Shown here in pieces: positions 59,708-64,000 of a stretch of DNA of 64,000 nucleotides. Position numbers and translations under genes: made by a program. Below the pieces are notes generated by a model that saw only the letters and a program-made list of their open reading frames with translations, searched no databases and was not told the origin of the DNA. Numbering within the stretch: position 1 is the stretch's first letter; each line of letters begins with the position of its first letter. Source of the DNA: the human T2T-CHM13v2.0 reference genome, Homo sapiens; assembly GCF_009914755.1 (NCBI RefSeq), contig NC_060927.1; one strand, 5' to 3'.

Positions 59708-60054
59708 TGTGATTTTTAAAATCTACTTTCTTTAAATGTAACTATCTCTGCAGAAAAAAAAAAAACAGTATAATATGGAGAGGAAGTAGAGAGAAATGGA
59801 GGAAAAGAGAGAGAGAGTGTAAGTGTTTCATGTGTTTGCATATCATAGTTTATTTCTCTTTCACATTTCTCTCTTTCAAGTTATCAGATTTTGTTAACTT
59901 TAGATACCAAAAGGACCATTTAACTTGTTCTACTTTTTCAAGGAAATGGCAGATAATATTATAAAGTAGGAATGTGTTAATACAGGAATTCTTAACTCAA
60001 AGTCTCTGGATAGAATCTGAATCTGGTGGGGTTTTTTGTTGATGTTGCTATTTG

Positions 60055-60056
60055 GC

Positions 60057-60099
<43 letters not shown>
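60055..60099. repeat. (GC)8(GT)14 alternating purine-pyrimidine tract
   Basis: Read directly from sequence. Confidence 0.97.
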
Positions 60100-60133
60100 A
60101 CAGAAAGAGAGAGAGAGAAATTAGGGGAGAAAT

Positions 60134-60609
60134 TGAGATAGAAGATCAGTAAGACTTGTTTTGATAACCCTGCAGATCAAAACAGGATGTAGCAAAGAAA
60201 CCAGCCAGCCAAAACCAGCCAGGACTATGAATTTTATTAATAATATATTTGCATGCTATATGCCACTCCCACCAGTGCCATGCCAATATACAAATGCCAT
60301 GACGGTGCCTGGAAGTTACCTTATATGGTTCCAGGAACTTCCTACTCCTTTCCCAGAAAGTTAGTGAATAACCTACCCCTTATTTAGCATATAATTATGG
60401 GTAGGTATAAATGTAGCCAGGCAGCAATCCATGAGTGCTACTCTGCCTATGTGATAACTCTGCCCTGTCTATGGACTAGCCATTTTGCTGTGCACCGGTG
60501 CTCTAATACATTTGGTTTCTTTTACTGTTGGCTTGCTCTTGAATTCTTTCCTGACCAAAGCCAAGAACCCTCCCAAGCTGAGCCCTAATTTTGGGGTACA
60601 CCTCCATCA
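60134..60609 (+). mobile_element. MER41-family solo LTR (C/D/E-like)
   Basis: TG...CA termini, 4-bp TSD aaat at 60130-60133 and 60610-60613, cactcccaccagtgccatg and ggaagttaccttatatgg blocks. Confidence 0.8.
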
Positions 60610-61749
60610 AAATTCCATCTTTACTTTTAGTGTCACTATGAGAAATTCAGCATATCTTTCAATTATAAATGTAGACATCAGCCACAGGGCTGTTGGCAAT
60701 TCCTATGACTTTCTCATCAATAAACATCATAGGAATTTCTTGTTGCAGATATCTTTAACTATTGTTTATACTTATCAGCACCTTGAAGTATCAGTTGTTA
60801 CTAGCCCAGCCAAGAGATTTGTTATTAGTGTGTTAATAACAAGAACATATTTTGAACCTATGTTAATAAACAAGAACATCACCTTTTAAAAATATTTTGA
60901 GAATGGTATTTTAATGTAATCAGTTTTCTTTTTAATTATTTGTATTTCAATACTTCAGTTATTTAAAATTATCATTCTTAGAAGTGCATAGGCTTAAATA
61001 GACTGTCAAGGGAGTTTGTTGTAACATACGCACACACATAGACACAGACACACACATGCTCACATGCACATACTGAAGAGTTCTTGGATTAACTAGGAAA
61101 ATTATATTAAAGCAGAAATTTTCTTTTGTGGTGCACACCCCTTAAAAAGTGATAAAGAGGTTATCAATTACTGGCATCCAATTGAGATAGTTTACTTGGT
61201 TTTCTCGGTTTAGCCTTTTTAAAAGGCTTTACTACACCTCCTAAGTCCTGTCTGCTTTTACCAGACGTACTCATTCCATATTTGATTTTAGCCATGTAGA
61301 CATACAGCTATGCACATCAGTCAGGTTCACAGAACTGCAGCATTTCCTCTGAGGTTCTGTTGTTTTTATCAATAAAAAGCTAAGGGCATTACACTGCATT
61401 AAAATGTCAAATAGCAAGGATATTTCCTCAGGTTTTCACTGACAAACATATTCTATAAAGTTAGTTTGATGTCTTAACTGTTGCACCTATCTGAAAGGAT
61501 ACTTGAGACAAAACAAAAATTTTTTTTTTTTGCCTGTCACATCTGATGTTATAGACAACTTTGAATGCAATCTTAGTGTATGGGATGACAATATTTAATA
61601 TTGCTTGTTTGATTTAAATGATTTGCGAGTAAAATTCTTCAAAATTAAGAGAAAAAAATCAGCCAACACCAACATTTTGGGGCTTTGTCTTTGTCAATAT
61701 TCTCATCAAATTCTTTAACTTCACTGTATTATTCTCTTGAGAAGAATCT

Positions 61750-61877
61750 ATGGTCAGACTAGTTTTCAAATATGGTTCTACTTCTCATTTTTGAACTTGG
61801 GACTTTAGCTACCACCTCTGACACTCAGTGTTCTTACACATTAAATGAGATTTATACTAGTAAGACTTATAGCAGTC
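61750..61877 (+). mobile_element. MIR fragment truncated at the L1 junction
   Basis: cctctgacactcagtgttcttacacattaaatgagat...tagta...ttatag. Confidence 0.5.
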
Positions 61878-62215
61878 CAACAGATAGCTTCAAAAATAGA
61901 CTAGATTAAGCAGAAGAATTTCTAAACTTGAAAGTAGTTCTTGTAAAATACCCCAGTCAGGCAAAAAAAAAAAAAAAAATAATAATGAAAAACAAAAAGT
62001 GATGAAGAAAAACTGTGTGATATATGGGACACCATAAAATGACCACATATTCTAATTCTGGGCATCACAGAAGGAGAAGAGATGGGTGAAGGCAAAGAGA
62101 AACTATTTTAAAAAATAATAGCTAACAAGTTCTCAAGTTTGGAAGAGATACACACATCCAGACACAAGAAGCTCAAAAATCCCCAAATAGATTCAATCCA
62201 AAAAGGTTTTATCTA

Positions 62216-62531
<316 letters not shown>

Positions 62532-62544
62532 TTAAACCGTCAAA

Positions 62545-62807
62545 GTGACCTCTGGTCATCCTCACTGCTACACTCCTACCAGTGCCATGACAGTTTACAA
62601 ATGCCATGGCAATGTCAGGAAGTTACCCTATATGGTCTAAAAAGGGGAGGCATGAATAATCCGCCCCTTGTTTAGTGTATCATCAAGAAATAATATGCCC
62701 ATAAAAATGGGCAACCAACAGCCCTTGGGGGTTGCTCTGTCTATGGAATACCCATTATTTTATTCCTTTACTTTCTTAATAAACTTCCTTTCACTTTGAA
62801 AAAAAAA
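62545..62807 (+). mobile_element. MER41A LTR fragment with poly(A) tail (probable retrocopy)
   Basis: tgacctctggtcatcctcactgc...aaaggggaggcatgaataatcc; AATAAA 62778-62783, ends 62798, A9 tail, L1 ORF1 resumes. Confidence 0.85.
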
Positions 62808-64000
62808 TCAAAGACAAAGAGAGAATTCTAGAAACAGCAAGGGAAAAGCATCAAGTCAAATATGAAAGAACCTCCAACAGACTAATAGCAGATTAATAGC
62901 AGAAACCTTACAGGCCAGGAGAGAATGGGATAATAAATTCAAAGTTCTGAAAGAGGAAAAAAAAACCCGTTAATGAAGAATAATATACCTAGGAAATCTA
63001 ACCTTGAAAAATTAAAAATGAGTCTTTCCCAGACAAGCAAAAACTGAGGGAATTCATTACAATTAGACCAGTCCTACAAGAAATATTTAAGGGAGTTTTT
63101 TTTTTTCTACATCAGGAAGTGTAAGGAAAATTATCTGCCATCATAAAAATATAAAATAAAATAAAATTCATTTGTAGAGCAAATAAACTAGTAAGATTAA
63201 GGAATCAAAGGTTACTGAATGTTATATAAAATCAATGAACTGCAATGAGAAACAGTAAGAGAGGAAAAAAGGAACAAAAGACATACAAAATAACCAGAAA
63301 GCAATTAACAAAAGGATAGGAATAAGTCCTCACCTACCAATAATCGTCTTGAATATAAACAGACTAAATTCCCTACTTAAAAGATATAGATTAGCTGAAA
63401 GGATTTTTTTTAAGCAATAATATGCTGCCTACAAGAAACTCACTTCACTGGTAGACACATATGGACTGAAAGTGAAGAGATGGAAAAAGATATTCCATGC
63501 AAATGGAAACCAAAAACAAGCAGGAGATACTAGTATCAGATAAAACAAACTTTAAGTCAAAAACAGTAAAAAGAGACAAAGAAAGTCATTATATAATAAT
63601 AAAGAGATCAATTCATCAAGAAGATATAACAATTGTAAATATGTGTGTACTCAATACCAAAGCAGCCAGATATATAAAACAAATATTACTGGATATAAAG
63701 AGAGAAATAGAGTCCAATTTCAATTTTAGTTGGGTACTTCAATACTCCACTCTCAGCACTAGACAGAAAATCAACAAAGAAACACTGGATTTAAACTGCA
63801 CATTACACCAAATGGATCTAACAGACATTTACAGAACATTTCATCCAGCAGCTGCAGAATACACATTCTTCTCATTAGCATAGGAAACATTCTTTAGGAT
63901 AAACCATATGTTAGGCCACAAAATAAGTCTCAATTAAAAAAAAATCTAAATCCTATAAAGTATTTTTTCAGACCACATTAGAAAACAAAGGCCACCTGAA

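Larger units (their letters stand above)
59982..61087. mobile_element. hAT-Charlie fossil (MER113-like) interrupted by microsatellites and the MER41 LTR
   Basis: caggaattcttaac start; ttgttgcagatatct; cataggcttaaatagactgtcaaggg near end. Confidence 0.55.

Overview
AT-rich, repeat-dense hominid (probably human) genomic DNA, intergenic or deep intronic; Alu J/S/Y and an L1PA2-like element indicate the lineage. I recognise no host protein-coding gene, RNA gene or CRISPR array, and nearly all ORFs in the track are Alu/L1/LTR read-throughs. Main content: eight Alus; a full-length L1PA2-like element (45339-51384, minus) with nonsense-inactivated ORF1/ORF2 but an intact antisense ORF0, nested in an older L1PA; a full-length ~8 kb L1MA-type element (30016-38022) carrying a THE1 solo LTR; several truncated L1s; THE1/MLT1/MER41 LTRs; MIR/L2 and hAT/mariner fossils. 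Best observations: (1) an old L1 split into two oppositely oriented halves that rejoin exactly if ~56.5-61.9 kb is flipped, implying a ~5.4 kb inversion; (2) a MER41A LTR fragment that ends at its poly(A) site with an A-tail, i.e. a likely L1-made retrocopy of an LTR RNA; (3) a solo MER41 LTR with octamer, CArG, tandem GAS and TATA motifs beside a Z-DNA tract; (4) several templated-insertion or hairpin scars. Subfamily names come from recalled consensus sequences and need RepeatMasker/Dfam confirmation. I do not see a new multi-gene system.
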